Below, in pieces: positions 19,224 through 27,291 of a stretch of DNA of 64,000 nucleotides. Below the pieces are notes generated by a model. It had not been told where the DNA came from. It did not search any database and saw only the letters and a program-made list of their open reading frames with translations. The position numbers were made by a program, and so were the translations under genes. Every line of letters starts with the position of its first letter. The stretch's first letter is position 1. Origin of the DNA: a virus; IMG/VR virus record IMGVR_UViG_3300025113_000003, positions 28,869-92,868 of that record. The stretch is one strand, 5' to 3'.

Positions 19224-20470
19224 TTTGATGCCTCCAGGACGAGTTGAAGCTCAGCGCGCTGTACAGATCTATCTAGTGGGTGGAGCTCGTATAGGCAGAA
19301 TCGCTGCGTTGCAGCGATCTCCTTCAGCTCCGGGTCAGTCGCCACTGTCAGGTCGGTAGCCTTCAGGCCAAAGAACGGGTAGTCGACTCCATAGTAGACC
19401 CGCAGCTCCTTGTCGTCACCAATGAGGATTGACCCCGCGTCGGCGCACTGCAGCGGTCGGGCCCGCCACCAGCCTGAACCGGCATGCTCGTAGCCCGGCA
19501 TCAGGCAACCCCAGTCACGGGTAATGGTGATCACCATGTCGTCCTCAGTCAGGCGCTTCTGGCTCTCGGCCTTTGAGCCGTAGAGGTCCACTGGCCAGGT
19601 GCCGATGAAGCCCTGCTCATCGTCCTTCGGGTTGCTCGTGTAGCCCTGCTTCTTCAACCACTTTTGGGTCTTCGACTGGACAAGGCTGGCGAAGTTGAAG
19701 CGGCGCTCCTTTTCAGGACGCGGGGACTGGGTGACGCTGAGAAGACTTGCCTTGAACGTCGGGTCCTCGGCGCCTTCATGACCTTCGTCGTTCCACATGC
19801 GGTTGCGGTGATACGGGTTCGGATTGTAGACAAAGAGGCGGCTGCGTGGGTAGCTGATCTTGTCGAACAGCAGGTGCGGGCCGTAGGCCTCGTTGTCGCC
19901 GAGGTGCTCAGTACGGAAGGCGCTGATGAGCATGCGGTTCTTCATCGTCGTGATCGTCTTGATGGCGGCCATGTAGGCGTTGATATGCGGTACCTGCTCC
20001 TCGTACGTCGTCTTGTTCACGTCCAGAATGAACTGCGCTAGCAGCTCCTTCGCGTCTGCGCACTTGGCCACACCTTTGAAGAGGTCAGGTACCTGCCAGT
20101 CGTCGAAGGCCAGGATGCAGTTGGGTCGATCAGCGATGGCCCACAGCCCGTTGAAGACGGTCGTGGCCACCAGCTGCCGCGGTCCGGCGATGAAGACGAT
20201 CACCTCGTCGTAGCCGCTGAGGTCCTCGCCAATGGTCACCTTGCGCTGCTCAACCTCGTAGCCCATGTCGGTCAGGCAGTTGAAGAGCGAGTAGTGCGAC
20301 GGCACCACCTTCAGCTGCTGGCGCAGGTAGAACTTGCGGGTGCACTGGTTGGCGTTGAAGCCGGTGATGAGGATCTTTGGCTTGGTCATGATCAGCTCCT
20401 GGGCTCGTTCTTCAATTGCGGTGCGTCGCCCTTCAGGCAGCGCGTCAAGGACGTCGGTCAGCGTTCTCAT
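19220..20470 (-). CDS. Putative GT-B glycosyltransferase, T4 beta-glucosyltransferase-like
   Basis: KILITGFN...KVVPSHYSLFNCLTDMGYEV resembles my recollection of the T4 BGT N-terminus; AFDDW and GWWRAR motifs; lies between galE and glf; alternative start at 20389 with AGGAG. Confidence 0.55.
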   Translation of the reverse strand: MRTLTDVLDALPEGRRTAIEERAQELIMTKPKILITGFNANQCTRKFYLRQQLKVVPSHYSLFNCLTDMGYEVEQRKVTIGEDLSGYDEVIVFIAGPRQLVATTVFNGLWAIADRPNCILAFDDWQVPDLFKGVAKCADAKELLAQFILDVNKTTYEEQVPHINAYMAAIKTITTMKNRMLISAFRTEHLGDNEAYGPHLLFDKISYPRSRLFVYNPNPYHRNRMWNDEGHEGAEDPTFKASLLSVTQSPRPEKERRFNFASLVQSKTQKWLKKQGYTSNPKDDEQGFIGTWPVDLYGSKAESQKRLTEDDMVITITRDWGCLMPGYEHAGSGWWRARPLQCADAGSILIGDDKELRVYYGVDYPFFGLKATDLTVATDPELKEIAATQRFCLYELHPLDRSVQRAELQLVLEASK

Positions 20471-21354
20471 ACGTTACGGAAAGCTGAGAGGCACATGTCA
20501 GAGAGGGTACGGGTGATGGCGGCGTGGGGGTACAGGGACCTCGCATGGCAGATCATGATGTCGTCATCACCAGCGCGCCGGTCAGTGATGACGACCGGGA
20601 AGCTGGTGTTGGTCACGTGCTTCATCTCGTGGATGACCTCCAGCACGCTGTAGCCCATGCCGGTGCCTAGGCATTCAAATGGCGTGTTGACTGGCCCGAC
20701 CTCAACGGCGTTGGCGATGGAGGCGGCGATGTCCTGCACGTGGACGTAGTCACGAACGGCGGTACCGTCCTTGGTCGCGTAGTCGGTACCGAAGACCTTG
20801 ACATCTCCGCGCTTACCACGCGCCGCCTCAGCGCAGATGCGAATGAGGTGCGTCGGCTGCCCTGTTGGTCGAATGCCAGGCGCCAGCCCTGACACGTTGT
20901 AGAAGCGGAAGATGGTGTGCCCGTCAAACCAGCGGGGCGTTGCCGCCGCCACGTCGGTGATGTAGCTCTCGCAGGCCACCTTGGTGCGCGCGTAGGGTGA
21001 CGTGGGGTTGAAGGCGGTACCAGTCGAGGCGAAGATGAGGTGCGGTGTCCGCAGCTGCTCCAGCTCCATGAGCGAGGTCAGGTTGTTGTGCCAGTAGGTG
21101 TGTGGTTCCCGCGTGCTCAGCTCCACTGAGATAAACGCCGCGAGGTGCACGATGGCGTCGTACTCGCTGCACAGCTCACCAAGCCCGCTCTGCACCGCGC
21201 GGTTAAGCAGCCGTCCCACGCGCTGGTGCACGAAGTCAAAGTTGACGTGGTCGCTTGAACCGTCGACCACGTCGACGCTGTGCCCACGGTTGACCAGCTC
21301 ATCCACCACGTGCGCGCCGATGTAGCCCAGTCCACCTGTAACCAGTACCTTCAT
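20467..21354 (-). CDS. galE: UDP-glucose 4-epimerase
   Basis: VTGGLGYIG, HLAA, YARTK (YxxxK), FRFYN and DGTAVRDYVHVQD motifs. Confidence 0.88.
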   Translation of the reverse strand: MKVLVTGGLGYIGAHVVDELVNRGHSVDVVDGSSDHVNFDFVHQRVGRLLNRAVQSGLGELCSEYDAIVHLAAFISVELSTREPHTYWHNNLTSLMELEQLRTPHLIFASTGTAFNPTSPYARTKVACESYITDVAAATPRWFDGHTIFRFYNVSGLAPGIRPTGQPTHLIRICAEAARGKRGDVKVFGTDYATKDGTAVRDYVHVQDIAASIANAVEVGPVNTPFECLGTGMGYSVLEVIHEMKHVTNTSFPVVITDRRAGDDDIMICHARSLYPHAAITRTLSDMCLSAFRNV

Positions 21355-21437
21355 GTCATCTCCTTAGAGCCCAAACCCGGGCCCGCGCACCTACTTATCG
21401 CATTCTAAGCGAAAACCAATCTGACTGAGGCACCATT

Positions 21438-21953
21438 TTATAGGTCGAGCGCCAGCTGCAGTACTCCCATTAGCTGGTATGGTTCCTTCGCGTGAAAGCG
21501 CTTGTGTGCCTGTGGGTGGTAGACAGTGGAAACAGGAGCGTACTCGCTGAAGTTCCTGCTGAACCACTTGTTCGCATTACCACCGAGACAGACCACCAGC
21601 ACTCCAGGATTGGCGTTCAGCTGAAGCTCCACCAGCTTGGGATCCAGCGCAGTGCCATCCGCCAGCTTTGTGTTGAACCACAGCAGCACCGTCTCAGGTA
21701 TGTGGTGCTCCACCAGCAGCTTGTTCAGCCACAGGCTGCTGTTCTTCGTGCTGTAGAACGGCGTGTGGTGATAGCCAGGGGTGTTGGGCCGACCTGGCCC
21801 AGGCGTGTCCCCTAGCAGGATGACCTCAGTTGACCGCTTTACGCCCTTCATCGCCTCGATGTAGCGCTTACGCCGGTGCTGCAGGCGCTTCGAGATGCCG
21901 GTCTGGATCTCACGGTCAAGCTTGTCAAAGGCAGCACCAAACAGCGAGGCCAT
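21438..21953 (-). CDS. Uracil-DNA glycosylase-superfamily-like protein
   Basis: VILLGDTPG, VVCLGGNA and VYHPQ match UDG-superfamily motif A/B layout. Confidence 0.55.
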   Translation of the reverse strand: MASLFGAAFDKLDREIQTGISKRLQHRRKRYIEAMKGVKRSTEVILLGDTPGPGRPNTPGYHHTPFYSTKNSSLWLNKLLVEHHIPETVLLWFNTKLADGTALDPKLVELQLNANPGVLVVCLGGNANKWFSRNFSEYAPVSTVYHPQAHKRFHAKEPYQLMGVLQLALDL

Positions 21954-22171
21954 CAGAGCCGCCCCACCTCATCGGCGACCGATTGGTCAGCCTGGATGAA
22001 GGCGATCTTTTCACGCATCTCGTCATCGCTGTAGATGTACATGAACTTGTCCTGCTTCAGCTGCCGCTTGGGGTCAGCGTGATCGTAGATGAAGGTGATG
22101 TAGCCCTGCTCCTTCGCCGCATGCATCCGCAGCGCCGTGTCATCATGAGTGGAGATGATGACTACCTTCAC
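21953..22171 (-). CDS. Hypothetical protein
   Basis: Coupled ORF. Confidence 0.55.
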   Translation of the reverse strand: MKVVIISTHDDTALRMHAAKEQGYITFIYDHADPKRQLKQDKFMYIYSDDEMREKIAFIQADQSVADEVGRL

Positions 22172-22743
22172 TCGAGCGCTTCAGCGAGGACCCAGTCCCT
22201 GGGCTTGAAGCCACCAAGCGCGGGGTCCGTGACGCAGATGATCCGTTTGTCGCGGATGATGGAGCGCCTGAATGCAGCTAGAAAGCGGTTCTGCTCCTCT
22301 TCGCGCTGCTGCAGCTCGCCTAGACTCTGCCCGTCGTCGACGAAGTGGCTAGAGACATGGAAGTCCTCAGTCAGCAGGATGAGCCGTATGTCGGCTGCGT
22401 CAAGGTGGTGCCGTTCTTCGAAGTCAAAGACGTACTCACCGCTGTACGCACGGTACATGGGCGCGTACACCATCTCACCTAGGTGCCAGCGATCAAAGAT
22501 GAGACGGGCACCCGAGCGCGCCATGATCATCGAGTTGCGGAAGCCCTCCTGCTGGTAGTGGTAGGCAGCTAGACTACCAGGCGGCACCCCTTCGATCGGC
22601 GAGGTACCAGCGTAGGCATCTAGCTTCTTCGGCTTGGAGAAGTGGATGACCTGGTAGTAGCCAAGGCGATTGATGATGCCCTCGATGAGGGTGCTCTTAC
22701 CGAGGCGGTCGATTCCCTCGATGGCGTAGACGGCGTGGGCCAT
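22168..22743 (-). CDS. dNMP/thymidylate kinase-like protein
   Basis: IEGIDRLGKST P-loop; FDRWHLGEMVY. Confidence 0.85.
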   Translation of the reverse strand: MAHAVYAIEGIDRLGKSTLIEGIINRLGYYQVIHFSKPKKLDAYAGTSPIEGVPPGSLAAYHYQQEGFRNSMIMARSGARLIFDRWHLGEMVYAPMYRAYSGEYVFDFEERHHLDAADIRLILLTEDFHVSSHFVDDGQSLGELQQREEEQNRFLAAFRRSIIRDKRIICVTDPALGGFKPRDWVLAEALE

Positions 22744-22745
22744 GC

Positions 22746-23054
22746 TTAGACCTCGATCGTGATGTAGTGATCGCCAGGGGTGCTCTTGAAGACAATCATG
22801 CCACGATCATCCTCAACAGTTACGTGCGGATCAACGGTGTCGTAGGCATCACCTAAGAAGTCAGAGCCGTACACATCTTCGATCTGCGTAATGATCTCGA
22901 AGGCGGCGTTGGCGTATGTGCCCTTCCCGAGGCGGCAGGAAGATACCAGGGCGGCGATCAGCTCAAGCTGCTCATCGGTAAGATTGAGCTGGCTTCCACC
23001 AGTACCGATGATCACTGTGTCGCTGTCCTCATCAGGGCGTGATTGGATCTTCAT
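22746..23054 (-). CDS. Hypothetical acidic protein
   Basis: Coupled ORF. Confidence 0.6.
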   Translation of the reverse strand: MKIQSRPDEDSDTVIIGTGGSQLNLTDEQLELIAALVSSCRLGKGTYANAAFEIITQIEDVYGSDFLGDAYDTVDPHVTVEDDRGMIVFKSTPGDHYITIEV

Positions 23055-24175
23055 ACGAATCCTACTCCTCGTCGGTTCTTGTTACTAGAAGGCTGAGAGT
23101 TGAAGAGCTCAGCCAAAGTAAACTCACTGCCATCTGGCAGCTCACGGTCAGATCCCAGCTCCGCGTAGACGGCCTGCGCCTCCACTCGGGTCAGGGGGCG
23201 GAACTGCTGCACATCGAAGCAGCGACCCTCGCGCAGCAGCGCGGGATCGATATCGTGGATGTTGGGTAGGTTGGTGGAGAAGACCAGCTTCTTGTCGGCC
23301 GCTGAGATGAGGCCGTCCGACAGGTTCAGGAACCGGTGCATCATCGTGTTGCCGTCCTGACGGCTGTCGAGGAAGCTGTCGGCGTCCTCCATGATGAGGA
23401 AGCGGCACTCGTCCTCGATGAAGCCAGCGAAGAAGTCGTCGGCACCCAGGACCTTCTCGTCGTAGGCCACCTTCGCGTTGCCGCCGGCCTGGTGGATCAG
23501 GTTCTTGATGAAGGTCGTCTTGCCAGTCCCGGGTGGGCCGATGAGGATGAGGACGTTGGCCTCGCTGTTCAGGTAGTCGTCGATGTACTGGCTCATCGAG
23601 CGATCGAGCCAGGGGTAGGCCGCCTGAACCGCCGCGCGGTAGTTCAGCGGCACCGAGATGGTATCGCCGCGGGTGTTGTAGACCCATTCGATCAGGTTCT
23701 CGGCGCGCTTGAAGTTGGCGTCGAAGTAGGTCTCCCACTTCTTGACCCAGGCGACGTCACCGGTAAAGGTCACCAGCACCTTGCCGCGAGAGGCCTCAAC
23801 CACCAGGTTGCCCTCTCGACAGGGGACGAGAACCTTCAGGTGCCCGAAGAAGGTATACGACGGAAAGCGCATGCGCTCGATCCAGTCAGCCAGCTTGAAC
23901 TCAGCTGGCGTGATCCAGGTGTTGTGCTTCTCCAGGGTCTGCCGCCCGGCCAGGTGGCGGGTACGAAGCAGGTCGGCGTTGATCCAGTCCTCAGACCCGT
24001 ACACCCCAAGGATTACTTCATTCTTAGGCGTGATTTCCGGTTTGAAGAGCGGGTAGTCATCCATTGGGTGTTCCCATTTTCTCTGGTTATGGCGGCGCGT
24101 GCGACGAGTGCGGCGCGAGCTCCTTACGAGGCGCCTGGTGTCAAAGTCAATCAGTGGCTTGGCTCCAAACGGCAT
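23051..24175 (-). CDS. AAA+ ATPase
   Basis: GPPGTGKT, IMEDAD, STN and DPALLREGR motifs; alternative start at 24064. Confidence 0.9.
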   Translation of the reverse strand: MPFGAKPLIDFDTRRLVRSSRRTRRTRRHNQRKWEHPMDDYPLFKPEITPKNEVILGVYGSEDWINADLLRTRHLAGRQTLEKHNTWITPAEFKLADWIERMRFPSYTFFGHLKVLVPCREGNLVVEASRGKVLVTFTGDVAWVKKWETYFDANFKRAENLIEWVYNTRGDTISVPLNYRAAVQAAYPWLDRSMSQYIDDYLNSEANVLILIGPPGTGKTTFIKNLIHQAGGNAKVAYDEKVLGADDFFAGFIEDECRFLIMEDADSFLDSRQDGNTMMHRFLNLSDGLISAADKKLVFSTNLPNIHDIDPALLREGRCFDVQQFRPLTRVEAQAVYAELGSDRELPDGSEFTLAELFNSQPSSNKNRRGVGFV

Positions 24176-24199
24176 ATGTCCTATTCTAATTTATTGGGC

Positions 24200-25957
24200 T
24201 CAGTCGGCGTCAGTCGAATTGAGGTTGGAGGTGTAGGAGGTCTGGAACTCGTTCGCCCAGACGTTGTCCTTCCCGGTCCAGAGCCGCTGGATGCCGGTGT
24301 CCAAGGCGTAGGTAACCGCATGGTCTTCCGAGGATCGCACTGACCGACCAGCTCCCTGCACGATCTTCATGAGGGTGGTCAGCGAGTAGATGTCAGGGTA
24401 CCGGTCAAGGATGACCTTGATGCGCTTGTCGCCCAGCGAGGCGAAGGGCGCCTTCACGATGACCTGGAAGCGGCTCAGGTCGCCAGGCAGGTCGATGCCC
24501 TCAAAGCCGGAGGGCGTCAGCATGACCGCTGGCCCAGCGGTGTAGGCCTTGAAGTCAGCGAGCACGTCGGCCAGCTTCTCGCCGCGCAGGTGCTCGAAGA
24601 TGCGGTAGGACGGGCTCATTCCGCGCAGAGTAGCAGCGACGCTCTCGACGACCGCGAAGCTAGGCGCCAGCACGATGCCGCGGTGCCCCTGTTTCACGTG
24701 GTGGTCCACGATCTGCCAGGCAGTGGCGCACAGCTTCTTCACCGTTTCGGGCTGCTTCATGCTGCTGTAGTTGAGGGCCTGCGGCTTGAAGAAGACCATC
24801 CGCTTGCTCTCACGCGGAAACGACGGCTCTAAGCGGATGCCGATGGTGTCGCCCGGCAGCGTCATCGTGCGCTTGGCGTACGCCTCGCTCACCGTTGCCG
24901 ACATCAGGAGGTTGTGCTCAGCGTTGTCAAGCGCCTCGAACATGTCACCCACGAAGATGGGCTTGACGCTGAGCTCATCCTCCGCCTGCCCCTTCTTGAC
25001 GTCACGCGGCTTGTGTTCGAAGACATGTGGGTACTCGAAGAGGAAGAGGTCGTCGATCTTGCAGCCCAGGTTGTAGAACTTCTTCGAGAGCCGCTGAAGC
25101 TTGATGAACTTAGCCGGCTGCCGGATGCTCCGCTCCGCCGCCTGCTTAGCCGCCTCGCTGATCGCGGTGTAGGTGTCAAGCAGGACCTGCAGCCACTTCA
25201 GGTACGACCCGTCCTCGTCGCTGATCTTCCCTCGAACGAGAGCCTCACGCACCGCCTTCAGGTTGCGGAAGACGTCGGTGTGTCCCAACGTCAGGTGCTC
25301 GTTGACCTCCTCAGCGAACTGGTTGAGCCGCTTCTCAGAGACGTAGATGGCGTTGTGCTCAACGAAGAGGTCGTTCAGCAGGTGCGCCTCATCGAAGACC
25401 GTCAGGGTGCGCCGCGGCATCGGTGTCGTCGAGTACATGCGATCGATGAAGTAGAACGCGTAGTTGGTGATGATGTGCCGCGCCCCCGCCTTCCGAGCCC
25501 GTGAGACCTGGTACTCGCACCCACCGCAGTAGAGGTCGATGAGGTCCTGCGCACCGGTCTTGCGGAAGATGGGAATGGCGCAGGCCTCAGCGGTCTGCGG
25601 CTCCTCAGGGGTCGAGAGGGCCTTGCACTCGTAGTTGCCGGCGCCCTTCAGGAGCAGGAAGCCGTTCTCGGCGCGGTCACCGAACGTCTGGAAGTACTGG
25701 TCCAGCAGGACGTTGGTGGCCGACAGGAGGAAGGTCGCGTTGGCCTTGGTATCTGGGTAGCGAATGGAGTGCAGGACCTCACCGACCACGGTGCCGATGA
25801 TGGACTTGCCGGTGCCGGTGGGAGCGGAGAGCACCACGTTCTTGGCCTTGTCGTCCAGGAAGGCGGACACCACGCGGTCCACGCGCTCGGCCTGGTGGTC
25901 GCGTGGCGTGAAGCCGAGGCGGGTGAAGGCCTCGTGGATGGGCTGCTCGTATCTCAC
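24200..25957 (-). CDS. DinG/Rad3-like SF2 helicase
   Basis: APTGTGKS, Cys cluster, DEAH, MSAT, EGIDLPG and QGAGRSVR motifs; likely GTG start at 25957. Confidence 0.9.
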   Translation of the reverse strand: MRYEQPIHEAFTRLGFTPRDHQAERVDRVVSAFLDDKAKNVVLSAPTGTGKSIIGTVVGEVLHSIRYPDTKANATFLLSATNVLLDQYFQTFGDRAENGFLLLKGAGNYECKALSTPEEPQTAEACAIPIFRKTGAQDLIDLYCGGCEYQVSRARKAGARHIITNYAFYFIDRMYSTTPMPRRTLTVFDEAHLLNDLFVEHNAIYVSEKRLNQFAEEVNEHLTLGHTDVFRNLKAVREALVRGKISDEDGSYLKWLQVLLDTYTAISEAAKQAAERSIRQPAKFIKLQRLSKKFYNLGCKIDDLFLFEYPHVFEHKPRDVKKGQAEDELSVKPIFVGDMFEALDNAEHNLLMSATVSEAYAKRTMTLPGDTIGIRLEPSFPRESKRMVFFKPQALNYSSMKQPETVKKLCATAWQIVDHHVKQGHRGIVLAPSFAVVESVAATLRGMSPSYRIFEHLRGEKLADVLADFKAYTAGPAVMLTPSGFEGIDLPGDLSRFQVIVKAPFASLGDKRIKVILDRYPDIYSLTTLMKIVQGAGRSVRSSEDHAVTYALDTGIQRLWTGKDNVWANEFQTSYTSNLNSTDAD

Positions 25958-26109
25958 AGGTGCTTCCCGAACCAGCAGTAGACCGCGAACCACTTGAAGC
26001 CAGGGCCACGCGTATCATACACGCGGTTGTGGAACCAGTACAGCTTCCAGTCACGCGAGAGCTGAATGTGCTTCGACCCGAAGCGGATGTTGAACAGCAG
26101 GTTGCTCAT
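25954..26109 (-). CDS. Small hypothetical protein
   Basis: MSNLLFNIRFGS start overlaps the upstream stop. Confidence 0.5.
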   Translation of the reverse strand: MSNLLFNIRFGSKHIQLSRDWKLYWFHNRVYDTRGPGFKWFAVYCWFGKHL

Positions 26110-27086
26110 TCGTGCTCGGCCTGGTCGAAGATGGTGTGGAAGGCTTTCTCGTCGTTCCCGAAGAAGGCCCGCACGAGGGTACGCCAGTACGGGGACAGCA
26201 TCTGGAAGCTCATGCACTCGTAGAAGTCGAAGTCCTCAGGAGCGCCGGCTGCCTGCCACGCGGCCTCGGTGCCCACCAACCCAGTGAGAATTCGGTCATT
26301 GAACGCGTCCATCGGGATCATGCTGACGTCGATGGCACGCTCAGTCGCGATGATCTTCTCAGCCATCTCGAAGTGGCGGTCGTAGATGTGCATCGACCCG
26401 GCGTTGTGGAAGTAGAAGCCCAGCTTGAGGTCGGGGTAGGTCGCCTTCAGCTGCAGCAGCATCGCTTCCTGCAGCATCGTGAACTGGAAGACGTCGTTCG
26501 TGAAGCCTAGGATGACGTCGTTGGACCGCATGCTGACGATCAGGTGCAGGCGGCTGTCGCGGATCAACCACTGCAGCGTCAGCGTGCAGGGCACGTCCTT
26601 GTTGCCGGCATGGCGATCATGCGGCACGTGGATGTTCATGATCGCCTGGCGGGTGTCCTTGTCGCGTTCGAGCAGCGCCGCTGTCTCGTTCCACTGGTTG
26701 ATCGGTTCTGACTGTGGACCAATGTACCGGTCTGTGCCTACGAAAGCAGGGGCCTTGGAATGGCCGAAGAGCCGGTGCCCGTAGTTGGAGTTCACGGTGC
26801 CGTCGGAGTTGCGGATGCTGTCCCAGAACTTGGCGTACGGCAGGATGCCCTTGGGGTCCGCAGAGCCTGAGATGTACCAGATGAACTCGCCAAGCAGGTA
26901 CTTGGTGCTGGTCTTTCGCGCCGGGAAGGTGATGACCCGGTTGCGGGGGTCGGTCAGCGTGATGTTGTAGTTGATGAGCTCCCGGGTCGTGGTGCCGCGC
27001 GGGTGGGCGACCGAACCGTTGGTCATCAGGTTGGATAGACAGAGCCTGAAGTCGTTGTTCAGGTAGAAGGTCGGGACTTGCTCCAT
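26106..27086 (-). CDS. dCMP hydroxymethylase/hydroxylase-like thymidylate-synthase homolog (T4 gp42-like)
   Basis: VNSNYG, DKDTRQA, DVPCT and MRSNDVILGFTNDVFQF, with Asp where ThyA has Asn; a canonical ThyA is already present. Confidence 0.85.
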   Translation of the reverse strand: MEQVPTFYLNNDFRLCLSNLMTNGSVAHPRGTTTRELINYNITLTDPRNRVITFPARKTSTKYLLGEFIWYISGSADPKGILPYAKFWDSIRNSDGTVNSNYGHRLFGHSKAPAFVGTDRYIGPQSEPINQWNETAALLERDKDTRQAIMNIHVPHDRHAGNKDVPCTLTLQWLIRDSRLHLIVSMRSNDVILGFTNDVFQFTMLQEAMLLQLKATYPDLKLGFYFHNAGSMHIYDRHFEMAEKIIATERAIDVSMIPMDAFNDRILTGLVGTEAAWQAAGAPEDFDFYECMSFQMLSPYWRTLVRAFFGNDEKAFHTIFDQAEHE

Positions 27087-27152
27087 GTGGGCTCCTGTAG
27101 TGATAGGCTATTTTAGCCCACCGGGGAGGTGACCTCTGGGCAAAAGGAGGTA

Positions 27153-27183
27153 GAAGAAAAGGTGGGACCCCGAGAGGTCCCAC
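27153..27183 (-). terminator. Intrinsic terminator
   Basis: GTGGGACC-loop-GGTCCCAC hairpin followed by CTTTTCTT on the minus strand. Confidence 0.7.
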
Positions 27184-27254
27184 TAAAGCGGGTCTTAGGA
27201 GAGACACCGTGCAACTAAGTACATTCTACACTGGCTGCCGACCAGCTGCGCCCA

Positions 27255-27260
27255 TAAATA
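27255..27260 (+). promoter_or_regulatory. T4-like late promoter core TAAATA (representative site)
   Basis: Same hexamer lies ~8-55 nt upstream of starts at + 27255, 32915, 38161, 41897, 42753, 63911 and - 999, 2214, 3917, 17411, 32889, 48911, 55844, 56350, 60666, 63858. Confidence 0.75.
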
Positions 27261-27291
27261 GGTTGAAGCGGAACCTGCTAGGACAATACCC

